DNA of 64,000 bases, taken from positions 1,536,001 to 1,600,000 of the forward strand of contig CAXXSR010000001.1 of the NCBI GenBank assembly GCA_963662615.2, written 5' to 3'. The position numbers were made by a program, and so were the translations under genes. Below the pieces are notes generated by a model. That model worked only from the letters and a program-made list of their open reading frames with translations. It was not told the origin of the DNA and made no database searches. Shown piece by piece: positions 40,812-50,967 of this stretch. Origin of the DNA: Dehalococcoidia bacterium (GTDB lineage: Bacteria > Chloroflexota > Dehalococcoidia > Bin125). Numbering within the stretch: the first letter of the stretch is position 1; every line of letters starts with the position of its first letter.

Positions 40812-41749
40812 ATGGAACGCTACACGATTCACCAGTTCAACGAGGACTTCCCGGACGAACGGGCCTGCCTCGACTTACTGGCGGGCCTCATCTACGAGGA
40901 ATGGCCGGAGGGGCTCCCCTGCCGGGCGTGTGGCGTCGTGCGCAAGCATCACGCGCTAACGAGCCGCCCCAAGGCGTACTCCTGCGACCACTGCGGCACG
41001 CACGTCTACCCGCTGGCCGGGACGATCTTCGAGAAATCCCGTACGCCCCTCAAGTCGTGGTTCTACGCGATGTACCTCATGGCGCAGACGCGATGCGGGA
41101 TCAGCGCCAAACAACTCGAGCGCGAGCTGGGCGTCACCTACAAGACGGCGTGGCGCATGTTCCGCCAGATTCGGGCGCTGTTCGCAGAGGGAGGCATCGG
41201 GCCGCTGCGCGGCACCGTCGAGATCGATGAGACTTTAGTTGGTGGGAAGCCCCGATACCGGCAGCCTCGCAAGGGGCCACGTCTCAAGGACGACCCCAGC
41301 GCCAAGAAACCCGTGTTCGGCATGGTGGAGCGCGGGGGCCGGGTGCGGGCGTTAGTGACTGGGGACGTCAAAACACGAACACTCCTCCCGCTGATCGACG
41401 GCAACATCGATCGGCGGAGCCGCGTCGTGTCCGATGACGCTCGGCAATACCGGCCGCTCTCGCGCCACGGTTATCGGCACCACGACGTGATCAACCACTC
41501 CGCCCGTATTTACGTGGACGGCGACGTGCACACGAACACGATCGAAGGGTTCTGGAGCTTGCTCAAGAACGGCATCCGGGGCGTCCACCACATGGTCGGC
41601 ACGCCCTACCTCCAGAGCTACGTCGATGAGTACGTGTTCCGCTACAACCACCGGGAGACGATACGCGGCCCATGTTCCGGACGCTGGTGGAGCGAGCACG
41701 TGAGACGAGGACAGGGAGGTACGGGGCGTACTCCCCAGTTGGGGGGTAG
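40812..41749 (+). CDS. IS1595-family DDE transposase (frameshift near 41656 in the C-terminal tail)
   Basis: Zn ribbon CRAC..CDHC, GISAKQLERELG, VEIDET, SDD, HTNTIEGFW, YVDEYVFRYN. Confidence 0.92.
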
Positions 41750-41855
41750 CAAAGGAGCCGCCCGCGACGTGTGGGGCGTTGCAGGCCACCCATGGCTGGA
41801 CCTAGTGTATCAGCCCTGGTGCCTACGTGCGCCGGGAGAGATGCGGTGTGCAACT

Positions 41856-42545
41856 ATGGTCACTACCCCAATCGATCCTAGCTCTCGTTTGTTTGCGCCC
41901 CGGTACTCGCATGCAGAGGCTGACCGGATTGCCGGTGTCACTCGCGGCACCACGAAGCGCTGGCTCAAGGGATATCTCTACCACGACGCAGGCGGAGCCC
42001 AGCAGTTCAGCGGGCCGGTCACCGAACAGGAGCGCTCCGAGGACGACGTTTCGTTCGCGGACCTGGTCGAGACCGCGGCGATCAACCGCTGGAAAGAACT
42101 CGGACATTCGCTCCACAACATCCGCGAGATCGTCCGTGAGTGCCAGAAGATTTTCGGTGTTCCGCATCCCCTGATCACCATGCGCTTCAAGGGGGACGGC
42201 AAGCATGCGTTTGTGGAGGAGGAAGGGAACTTAGTCGGCCTCCTGGGCGCACAGCGCCAACACGCATGGGAGGAAATGTTTAACTTTCTCGAGACAATCG
42301 AGTATGCGGGGGACCTCGCCGTAAGGTGGTGGCCGCTCGGAAAACGTACGCCGGTACTCGTCGATCCCGACTACGGATTCGGACTACCAGTTATCGCTGG
42401 CCTCGGCCTTCGCACCGAGATCGTCCTAGAGCGAATGAAGGCTGGGGAGACCGAGACAGACATCGCCGCTGACTTCGACGTGTCAGTCGAGTTGATCGCC
42501 GGCGCCATACAGTTCGAGGTGTCTCGAGTCCCTGAGCCGCGATGA
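41856..42545 (+). CDS. HTH + DUF433 antitoxin (VapB45-like)
   Basis: YSHAEADRIAGVTRGTTKRW HTH, SFADLVE, VDPDYGFGLPVI..GE..DIAADF. Confidence 0.85.
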   Translation: MVTTPIDPSSRLFAPRYSHAEADRIAGVTRGTTKRWLKGYLYHDAGGAQQFSGPVTEQERSEDDVSFADLVETAAINRWKELGHSLHNIREIVRECQKIFGVPHPLITMRFKGDGKHAFVEEEGNLVGLLGAQRQHAWEEMFNFLETIEYAGDLAVRWWPLGKRTPVLVDPDYGFGLPVIAGLGLRTEIVLERMKAGETETDIAADFDVSVELIAGAIQFEVSRVPEPR

Positions 42546-42916
42546 TCTTGATCGACAAGTCGATCTCGCCAGCCGTGGCGCGAGCGATCTGTCGTATCCG
42601 CGATGATGTTCGATCGGGCGCTGACATCTATCCGATCTTCACAGAGGACACCACCTGGCTCTTGGAAGCTGGTGAGAGTGAGTGGCTTGTGATCCTGCGC
42701 GACAAGAAAGTTACGACGCGCCCTGCGGAACGACAGGTCATCATGGATCACCGTGTCGGAGCGTTCCTCGTCGGACAGAAGAGTAACCCGACGAAGTGGG
42801 ACTATCTCAATATCATCGTGAGCAAGCTGGAGGAGATGGAAGAACTCTTCCGGAACACGCGGCGGCCGTTCGTATTCAAGATCGACGGGCATCTCGCTTT
42901 CAAGCGGATCGTCTAG
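42542..42916 (+). CDS. PIN-like toxin (VapC45-like)
   Basis: MILIDKSI, EDTTWL, WLVILRDKK; ATGA overlap with the DUF433 gene. Confidence 0.8.
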   Translation: MILIDKSISPAVARAICRIRDDVRSGADIYPIFTEDTTWLLEAGESEWLVILRDKKVTTRPAERQVIMDHRVGAFLVGQKSNPTKWDYLNIIVSKLEEMEELFRNTRRPFVFKIDGHLAFKRIV

Positions 42917-43061
42917 CCGAACGCCGAATCAGGTCGCGGAGCGCTACCCACCCCTGCTTCCTCTCCGGCGCCTGTTCTTTGATCATCCGCGCTAAGTCCG
43001 GGTTTCGGACCTTGCCATCCTCGTAGGACGGCCGGGGCTGCCGTGACGGTGTCCCACCCAT
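42900..43061 (-). CDS. Putative 53-aa protein at the right end of the IS
   Basis: Manual translation MGGTPSRQPRPSYEDGKVRNPDLARMIKEQAPERKQGWVALRDLIRRSARRSA. Confidence 0.35.
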   Translation of the reverse strand: MGGTPSRQPRPSYEDGKVRNPDLARMIKEQAPERKQGWVALRDLIRRSARRSA

Positions 43062-45340
43062 GCTCGAAGAATATCACGCCCCCACCGTCGCCAGGACTCT
43101 AGTAAGGTACGTGCTATGCGGGGATAGTCACGGATTAATTATTTCGATGAAAGATCCGGCGAAGATTTCGTGACCGTGCTGCCCGGCCCGTTCACGGCCG
43201 GCAAAGTCGACTTCGAGGATCTCGCGTCGCAAGTCACCATCAGCAGCCCTCTTGAGATATCCGATCTCGCTATCGGCGACGCGAATCTAGACGGCGTCAA
43301 CGACCTCCTGGCGGGGTTGCCAGGCTTTGGCCTGGTCTCTTTGATCCCGGGTCAGGTCATCGGCCCCACCTGTTGTGCGGACATCTTTCTCCTCAATGAG
43401 CGGTGGTTCGCAGGCTTCGCCGACATCTCCTTCGGCGTCTCCGTGGCGGTCGCCGACTACGATGGGGACGGACTCTCCGATGTCCTGATTGGCTCATTCG
43501 GAGACTCCGACAGCCAGCGAGCGGACACGGACGGGGCCGGATCCGCCATCGGGTTCGCGGCGGCGGACCAGGGTCCCCAGGTCAACGGCGTGCGGCCGTC
43601 GATCGGGGAGGCGGGCGCCGGCACGGAGGTCGAGATCTGGGGATACGGCTTCGCCAATCCGACCGTTTCCTTCCGCGCTGGCGGTACTGAAGTGGAGGTA
43701 GAGACCACACCGGTCTCGCTGGGAAGGATACGCGCCACCGTTCCCGATTCCTTTGAGCCGGGGCTGGTGGACGTGATCGTGCGCACCGACATCGGCGACG
43801 CGATCCTGGAGGACGCCTTCACCGTCCAGCCGGCGCCGCCGCAGCCGCCGGCGACCCGCACGGTTGCGTTGGCGCGCGGCTGGAACCTGGTGGGCTGGAC
43901 CGGCGCCACCGCCGCGCAAGACGCCACAGCGACGATCTCGGGGAGCTTCACAACCCTCTATACATGGGACGCCGCGCAGCAATCGTTCCAGAGCTTGAGC
44001 AGCACCGGCCCCGAGTTCCTCAACACATTGACGGACCTGCAAACCGGTGACGGCGTCTGGATCAACACGCCCAACGGCGGGAGCTGGGAGCAGCCGGCCT
44101 ATCGCGAGCCGCGATCGGCGCCGCTGGCGCCGGGCTTCAACCTGGCGATGTGGACCGGTCCTGACGGCACGGCGGTGGTGGACGCGGTGGCGGGCATCAG
44201 CGGCCAGCTCGAGGTCCTCTTTACCTGGGACGGCGGGCAGCAACGGTTCCTGCGCTACAGCACCACGGGGCCTGACTTCCTCAACGATGCCCTTGTGCTG
44301 AACTTCGGCGACGGCGTCTGGCTGCAGGTGAGCCGCTCCGTGAGCTGGGCGCAGCCGCCGTCTGAAGTGCTTGAGCTTGCACCGGTCGATACCGGGCCTG
44401 AGCCGGCGACGAGCTTCCAGGAGGCGGAGAGTGCCATCGTCCTGGTGGACCAGGGCCTGGGCATCGGCTCAGGGTTCGTCATCAGCGAGACGCAGATCCT
44501 GACGAACACCCACGTGGTAGCGGGAGCGTCATCCGTGACGGTCCGTTTCTTCAACGGCGAGGAACGTCGGGGGCTAGTGACCGCGCGTGATCAAATGCTG
44601 GACGTGGCCGTGATTGAGGTCTCAAACCTGCCCGACGGCGTCCGCCGCCTGGACTGGGAGTCGGCGGAGACGCCGGCGCCCGGCGACGGGGTCTGGGTGT
44701 GGGGCTTCCCGCTCGCATTCGATGTTGGGGCGATTCTCGACATCGACATCTCGTCGCTGAATGCAACCCTCACCACCGGCATCGTCTCGGCCATCCAGAC
44801 GAGCGGGGAGGGGCTCTCGTTCGTCCAGACCGACGCGGCCCTTGAGCGGGGGAACAGCGGCGGTCCAATGATCACCGAGGACGGCCGCGTGATAGGAATC
44901 TCGGCGTTCGAAGTTCGCTTTGCGGAAGGGCAGAACTTCGGCATCAATGTGACCGCCCACCGGGACCGCATCGGAGCCCTTCTCGCCCCCGTCGTTCTGG
45001 AGCCGATTACGCCGGCGCCGATGGTGGACGAGGAGCCAGCGCCGGTGCACCAGTTCTTTGGCAGCACTCAGACAAACTCGGGCGCCTTGCTGGACGGGGT
45101 CCTGGCCCCGGACGGCTCTGTGGTCACCGCCTGGAACGAACAAGGTGAGGCGGTGGGCAGCGCGACCATTGCAGACGGCACCTGGCTGATCGTGGTCGAT
45201 TCCGCGGACGCAGCGACGGTGACCTTCTCGATTGACGGGTCCAGCATGAGCGATCCCATCGAGGTGGCGAGCGGCGCGCTGACGGAGGTCACGCTCGATC
45301 TGGCGAGCGCCGCATTGGTTGGGGCATCGGCGCCGCCGGG

Positions 45341-45583
45341 TTAGCCCTCGACGACGTCGCCGGTGACGGGATCGACGCGGACGCCCTGCTCCGCCGCCCA
45401 GTGCAGGCCGCGCTCGATCTCGTCGGCGGCGCCCTCCAACTCCAAGACCACCCAGCCGAAGCCCGGCTCCACATCCGCCATGCGGATGTTCGTGACCAGG
45501 TTAAACTCTTGGCCCAAGCGGTAGATGATCGGCTCCTCCACGCTCTGCCCCTCAAAGGTGAAGCGAACGCGCTTGGTCGCCAT
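45341..45583 (-). CDS. NIL-domain protein
   Basis: EPIIYRLGQEFNLVTNIRMADV..GWVVLELEG. Confidence 0.88.
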   Translation of the reverse strand: MATKRVRFTFEGQSVEEPIIYRLGQEFNLVTNIRMADVEPGFGWVVLELEGAADEIERGLHWAAEQGVRVDPVTGDVVEG

Positions 45584-45672
45584 CAGTTGCGCCCTCCCAT
45601 CTCCATCGCGCGGACGGCGCCGGCGGTGCGGGGGAGATTCGGCACGGCGTTTCGTCGCACATGAGTCTCCAC

Positions 45673-46908
45673 CTAGATGCGCTCCGCGCCGGCGAACGCC
45701 TGCTCGAACGACGCCATTGTTCCTTCCACCGGAATCGGCTCCGGCAACCGCCCCGCCAGGGCGTCGGTGGTCTTCAGTCCCCCCCCGGTGAGGAAGACCA
45801 CCGTGGTTCGCTCGCGGTCGATGAGGCCGCTCTCCAGGCCGTTCTGGAGGCCGGCGATCGTCACGCCCCCGGCGGTCTCGGCGAATAAGCCTTCCGTCTC
45901 GCCCAGGAGCTTCATGCCCGCAACAATCTCGTCGTCCGAGGCGACGGTCGCCCCGCCCTGCGTCTCCTGCATGAGTTTGAGCGCGTAGTAGCCGTCGGCG
46001 GGGTTGCCGATGGCGAGGCTTTTGGCGATCGTCTGTGGCTTCACCGGCCGGATATTCATGCTGTCATTGGCCCACGCCTGAGCGATGGGCGAGCAGCCGG
46101 CGGCCTGCGCCCCGAACATGCGCACCGGCGTGTCCTCCACCAGGCCCAGATCCGCCAGCTCCTGCATGCCTTTGTGAATCTTGGTGAAGAGCGAGCCGCT
46201 GGCCATGGGCGCGATGCACTGCTCCGGCTTGCGCCATCCCAGCTGCTCAACGATTTCGAAGCCGAGCGTGCGGCTGCCCTCCGCGTAGTAGGGGCGGACG
46301 TTGATGTTGACGAAGGCCCACTGCCGGCTGTCGGCGAGTTCGGAGCAGAGCCGGTTGACGTCGTCGTAGGAGCCGTTCACGGTGACGATGGTGGGGTCGT
46401 AGATCGCCGACCCCACGACCTTGCTGTGTTCAAGGTCGTGGGGGATGAAGACGACGGCGCGCATGCCGGCCCGGGCGGCGTGCGCGGACACGGCGTTGGC
46501 CAAGTTGCCGGTGGAGGCGCAGGCAAGGGTGCGGAAGCCGAACTGGCGGGCGCGGCTGCTGGCGACGGCGACCACGCGGTCCTTGAACGACCAAGTGGGG
46601 TTCATGGTGTCGTTTTTGATCCAGAGTTCGCGCATCTCCAGCCGCTGGGCCAGGTTGTGCGCGCGGATCAGCGGCGTGAAGCCCACGCCCAGGTCCACAA
46701 TGGAGTCGGCCTCCACCGGGAGTAGGTCAATGTAGCGCCAGATTGAGTGGGGCCCGGCAGCGATCGATTCGCGTGTCAGCCGTCCGCGCATGCGGCTGTA
46801 GTCATAGCGCACCTGTAACGGCCCAAAGCAGCGGTCACAGATGTTGAGGGGGTCGAGCGGGACCTCGTTGCCGCATTCGCGGCAGGCGAGGGAAGTGGCG
46901 TAGGGCAT
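45673..46908 (-). CDS. thrC: Threonine synthase (PLP-dependent)
   Basis: CRECG..CDRCFGPL, NPTWSFKDR, CASTGNLA, PMASG; start ATG 46908. Confidence 0.88.
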   Translation of the reverse strand: MPYATSLACRECGNEVPLDPLNICDRCFGPLQVRYDYSRMRGRLTRESIAAGPHSIWRYIDLLPVEADSIVDLGVGFTPLIRAHNLAQRLEMRELWIKNDTMNPTWSFKDRVVAVASSRARQFGFRTLACASTGNLANAVSAHAARAGMRAVVFIPHDLEHSKVVGSAIYDPTIVTVNGSYDDVNRLCSELADSRQWAFVNINVRPYYAEGSRTLGFEIVEQLGWRKPEQCIAPMASGSLFTKIHKGMQELADLGLVEDTPVRMFGAQAAGCSPIAQAWANDSMNIRPVKPQTIAKSLAIGNPADGYYALKLMQETQGGATVASDDEIVAGMKLLGETEGLFAETAGGVTIAGLQNGLESGLIDRERTTVVFLTGGGLKTTDALAGRLPEPIPVEGTMASFEQAFAGAERI

Positions 46909-47264
46909 GGCAGGATGGCCTTCAGGGACTACCTGGCCAGAGCCAGGGAGGGACGGTCCGCAGCGGGTCCTTCCAGGCTGGAAGGACCCTGGGGCATCGC
47001 CATGGTCAGCGCCATAGTCAGCGCGCTGCAAGTGCTGTGCGGACAGCGGACCAGTCGCATCGTGCGTTGAAGAATCCCACGCAGCCCACGGTCGTGTCAA
47101 TTGAACCGTGCGACGAGCGGGCGCACGAGAGAGGGGGCCTGCGGCGCCCGCGACCGTCGCCACGGCGAGAGGGATCATCCGCGGGAACGGCGGCAGGGGA
47201 TGGGTGCGGTCGGAGCCGCGTCCGGTCAAGGGGGGGACGAAGCGGGCCCGCTCGTGCGAGGCGC

Positions 47265-47558
47265 CTAGATGATGATCGTTTCCTGGGCCAGGCCGTCCAT
47301 GGCCATGACGGCGCCCACGCCCATGCATTGAAAGCCGAAGTCCAGCGCTGCGCGCAGCACCATGTCTGACGTGTCCCCATCCGCGTCAAAGCTCTGCACG
47401 GACTGCAGGAACATCTGCTGGAGGAGAACTTCCCAGACGTCGGCATCCACTTCGGCGTACTGGCGCAGGGTGTCGATCTGAAAGCGGTATTTGCTGGCCA
47501 GGTCGTTGTGCTGGCGCACCCGCTCCTGCAAGGCCGCATAGTCCAGATGCTTGTCCAT
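47265..47558 (-). CDS. Hypothetical protein (97 aa)
   Basis: GGAGG RBS before the ATG; normal codon usage. Confidence 0.65.
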   Translation of the reverse strand: MDKHLDYAALQERVRQHNDLASKYRFQIDTLRQYAEVDADVWEVLLQQMFLQSVQSFDADGDTSDMVLRAALDFGFQCMGVGAVMAMDGLAQETIII

Positions 47559-47853
47559 GGGGCGCCTCCCGTCTTGCCATCGCGGTCCGGCCGGCGCTGG
47601 GATCGTGCCGCCAACCAGAGCGGGGAATCGTCGTATTAGCAGGATCGAAAGCCAGGAGGGCTGGACGCATAGGGAAAGCCCTCGGCGCCGGCTCAATTGA
47701 CGACGATCTACTCGCGGCAGCCGCCCGCGGACGTGGATCGAGGGGCGTGGGGACTTGTTGAGGCTGCGACGTCGAGCGGGGTGTGACTGGGCCCGGTGAC
47801 GAAGCGGGCCGGCCAAGCGAGGGCAGTCCAGCCCCGACTACCATGCAGACACA

Positions 47854-50800
47854 ATGACGTTCGTCGTAGAGACCGTCGCCAGGCTCGAAGCCGCCGAGGA
47901 GCGGTTGACGGCGCTGCTGGGCGCGCTGCAGCGAGACCCGCTCCAACGCGTCAACGTGCTGACGGGCTCGAACCTGCAGCGAATTGCGTTCCGCCGCCGG
48001 CTGGCGGAAGCGCTGGGGGCGACGGCCAACGTGCGCTTTTTCACGCCCATTGACTTGGCCGTTGCGATCCGACGCTTCAGCGCGAGCCCGTCACGCCAGC
48101 CCCTGCCGGACGGGGCGGAGGCGATCCTGCTGGACGGCATCCTGGCCGACCTCCATCGCGAGGGCCGTCTGCGCCGGCTCGATCCGGGCGTGCACGGCGT
48201 AGATGAAGCGGTGGCGGGGTCGCTGACCGACCTGCGCGAAGGCGCCGTCGGGGCCAGGGAGTATGCGCGTGCCCTGCGAAGGGAAGACGACCCCAAGCTG
48301 CACGATCTGGCGGCCATCTACGGCGAGTTCGACACCGCCATGGCCACGCTCAGCGATCGGTCGAGCCTGTACGAAGACGCGCTGGACCCTCGTGTGCCGG
48401 ACGCCGCCGTGCGGGAGGCGCTGGGCGACGCCCCCCTGGTCGTGATCGGGCTTTACGATGCGCCGGCGGTTCAGGTGAGGCTGCTGGCGCGGTGCGCGGA
48501 CGTCGCCGATGTCCGGGTAGTGCTGGTCGCGCCACCGGATCCCGAATTCGATTTCGCACGCGGGTTCGGCCGCGCCCTGGCGAGGGCCGGCGCGACGGTC
48601 ACTGAAGCCACAGTCGAAGCGAATGCATTCACGGAGAATCCTGCCTACAGCTATTTCAGTGCACCCTCCCGCCAGGCCGAAGCGGAGGAGATCGTGCGGC
48701 GGATCCTGGCGCTGGCGCGAGAGCACAGCCTGCCCTTCAACCAGGTCGCGATTCTGCACCGGCTTGATCGCAGCGAGGACGACTTGCTCTGCGCGGCGCT
48801 GCGGCGCGCGGGCGTGCCCGCCTTCCGCGCGGCCGGGCTGCCGGTCCGACACAGTGCCGCGGGCCAGGCGGCATGGGTCCTGCTGGAGCTGCTGCTGCGC
48901 CCGCCGCAGCGGCACCGGCTGCTGGAGTTCTTCGCCAACCCGGCCCTGGCAGAGACGATTCCGCCCGACGTACGGGCCAAGCCGGTGCTGTGGGAACGGC
49001 ACTCGAAGCAGGCCGGCATGGTGCAGGGGTGGGACCGCTTCCGCGTCCAACTCGATGGCTACGTGAACCGTCTCCGCGACGAAGACCGATCGGCCGTCGC
49101 CATTGAGACGGCGACGGAGTTGCACGACGTTGTGGCGCGCCTGCAGGAGGCGGCGGCACGAGTGGGCGGCTTGACGAGCTGGCGCGAATATTGCGACTGG
49201 TTCCTGGGCATCCTGGACGCCTATCTCGCTCCCGGCTCCGCCGACCGGGACCCGCTCGCGGTGGTGCGCGATCGCGTGGCGGCGCTGGCGCAGCTTGACC
49301 ACGCTGGCATGCAAGTCAACCGGGACCGGTTTCAGCGCGCCGCCACGGGCGCGATCCGGCGAGCGGTGCTGAACGACCCACGACCGCTGGCGGACGGGGT
49401 GTTCGTGGGTAACGTCTCGGCGGCGCGATCGCTGCGCTTCACCGCGGTCTTCCTGGCCGACTGCGGGGAGCGGATCTTCCCCCCGCTGATCCGGCAAGAC
49501 CCGCTGCTGCTGGACGGCGAGCGCGAGCGCCTCAATGCGCGCCTGCGGCGGACGGCGCTGCCGCCCAAGCGCGAACGGCTCCAAGAAGAGCGGATGTTGT
49601 TCCGGCTGGTGGAGCAATCCGCGGGGCGGTTCCTCACGATCTCCTGGGCGCGGCGCTCGAATACGACGGGTGCGCCGAAGTTGCCGTCGCCGCTGCTGCT
49701 GCGGTCGATCCCCCATGAGATCGACGAATTGGCGCGGGTGCAGGAGCTGGAAGCGCAGGGAGTGATCACCAAGTTGCCGGCGCGTCTCGCCGGCGCGGCG
49801 CCGAGCCCCACAGCGGTCGCGGCGGGGGACTGGTCGTCCAGCGCCACGGCGCTGGACGGGTCGGACTTCCGCCTAGCCGTGCTGGAGGCGGCGGGGGGCG
49901 TCCAGGCCGGCCGCTTGCTGCCGCGACTGTGGGACGGCTCCCAGCGCTATGAGCGGGCCCGGAAAGCGCGCAATGACGATCGTTTCAGCGCGTGGGACGG
50001 CGTCCTGCCGCCCGACACTATGGTGGTCGACCCTCTGTCGCAATCGCTCTCGGCGACGGCGCTGGAGACGTACGCAACCTGTCCCTATCGCTACTACCTG
50101 CGACATGTCCTGCGCGTTGGAGCGGTGCCGGAGCCGGGGGAAGCGTTGGAGATGACCCCTCTGGATCGCGGCGCCATGGTGCACCGCATCCTTGAGCGCT
50201 GGGTCCAGGAGGCGCTGGACCGCAAGCAAGAGTGGAAGGCGTTTCTGGCTGATGAGGCGCGTCTGACGCAGATTGCGGAAGAGGAGTTCGAGCGGGAAGG
50301 GCAGGGCGGGCTGGCCGGGCTGCCCACAACGTGGGCCATTGTGCAGGCGGAGGTGCTGGCCGACATGCGCGAGCTGCTGCGTGACGAACGCGAGCGAGCG
50401 GCGCAGGGATACCGTCCACTGGCCACGGAGTTGGAGTTCCAGGGCCTGCCGCTGGCGCTGCCCGATGGCACGAGGCTGACATTCAACGGGCGGATCGATC
50501 GCGTGGATCATCGTGTGGATCAGGGGCGGGACGGGTTCGTCGCCATTGACTACAAGACAGGCCGCGCGCGCAAGGAGGCGACTCAGTACCGCAGCGGCAC
50601 GGCGCTACAGCTGCCCATCTACCTTCAGGCGGTGGCGCGCCACTACGACGCGGATCCGGCATCGGTGGAAGCCGAGTACTGGTACGCGACACGACGCGGG
50701 GAGTTCGCTCGTTCCGCCCTTCGCGGCGCGGACGTCCTGGGCGACGAGCAGTTCTGGGACGCGCTGCGGATCATCACGGAGGGGATCCGGGGGGGGCGGT

Positions 50801-50967
50801 TCTTCCCCTACCCCGGCGAAGGCCGCGGTGCGCGGCGGCGGCCCAACTGCACCTTCTGCGACTACGTCAGCGTCTGCTCCACCGACGTGGACGCGCGCTT
50901 CGACCACAAAAAACGCTTGGACCAGGCGGTCGTGCGCGACTTTCTCAGCATGCAGGCCCGCCAATGA
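47854..50967 (+). CDS. addB: AddB/RexB-like nuclease subunit (PD-(D/E)xK, Fe-S cysteines)
   Basis: SATALETYATCPY, GRIDRVD, IDYKTG, LQLPIY, CTFCDYVSVC. Confidence 0.85.
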   Translation: MTFVVETVARLEAAEERLTALLGALQRDPLQRVNVLTGSNLQRIAFRRRLAEALGATANVRFFTPIDLAVAIRRFSASPSRQPLPDGAEAILLDGILADLHREGRLRRLDPGVHGVDEAVAGSLTDLREGAVGAREYARALRREDDPKLHDLAAIYGEFDTAMATLSDRSSLYEDALDPRVPDAAVREALGDAPLVVIGLYDAPAVQVRLLARCADVADVRVVLVAPPDPEFDFARGFGRALARAGATVTEATVEANAFTENPAYSYFSAPSRQAEAEEIVRRILALAREHSLPFNQVAILHRLDRSEDDLLCAALRRAGVPAFRAAGLPVRHSAAGQAAWVLLELLLRPPQRHRLLEFFANPALAETIPPDVRAKPVLWERHSKQAGMVQGWDRFRVQLDGYVNRLRDEDRSAVAIETATELHDVVARLQEAAARVGGLTSWREYCDWFLGILDAYLAPGSADRDPLAVVRDRVAALAQLDHAGMQVNRDRFQRAATGAIRRAVLNDPRPLADGVFVGNVSAARSLRFTAVFLADCGERIFPPLIRQDPLLLDGERERLNARLRRTALPPKRERLQEERMLFRLVEQSAGRFLTISWARRSNTTGAPKLPSPLLLRSIPHEIDELARVQELEAQGVITKLPARLAGAAPSPTAVAAGDWSSSATALDGSDFRLAVLEAAGGVQAGRLLPRLWDGSQRYERARKARNDDRFSAWDGVLPPDTMVVDPLSQSLSATALETYATCPYRYYLRHVLRVGAVPEPGEALEMTPLDRGAMVHRILERWVQEALDRKQEWKAFLADEARLTQIAEEEFEREGQGGLAGLPTTWAIVQAEVLADMRELLRDERERAAQGYRPLATELEFQGLPLALPDGTRLTFNGRIDRVDHRVDQGRDGFVAIDYKTGRARKEATQYRSGTALQLPIYLQAVARHYDADPASVEAEYWYATRRGEFARSALRGADVLGDEQFWDALRIITEGIRGGRFFPYPGEGRGARRRPNCTFCDYVSVCSTDVDARFDHKKRLDQAVVRDFLSMQARQ

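Larger units (their letters stand above)
40765..43132 (+). mobile_element. IS1595-family element with passenger genes (2368 bp)
   Basis: 25-bp TIRs CGTAACTATCCCTTGACAGCACGTA and rc CGTGACTATCCCCGCATAGCACGTA (20/25); 8-bp TSD GATTAATT at 40757-40764 and 43133-43140. Confidence 0.95.
39951..45344 (+). pseudogene. Paralogous FG-GAP/TIG/Trp-repeat/trypsin protein split by an IS insertion
   Basis: Removing 40765-43140 restores the frame: ...ADLAIN-YFDERSGEDFVTVLPGPF, matching the paralog ADLAINYVDDAGFDSVAIVEGPF; TNTHVV, GNSGGP. Confidence 0.9.

Noticed and set aside
40812-42545. Apparent 577-aa transposase-DUF433 fusion protein
   Set aside because: A frameshift near 41656 bypasses the natural tail (DDTRPMFRTLVER...TAG 41749); the antitoxin has its own ATG at 41856
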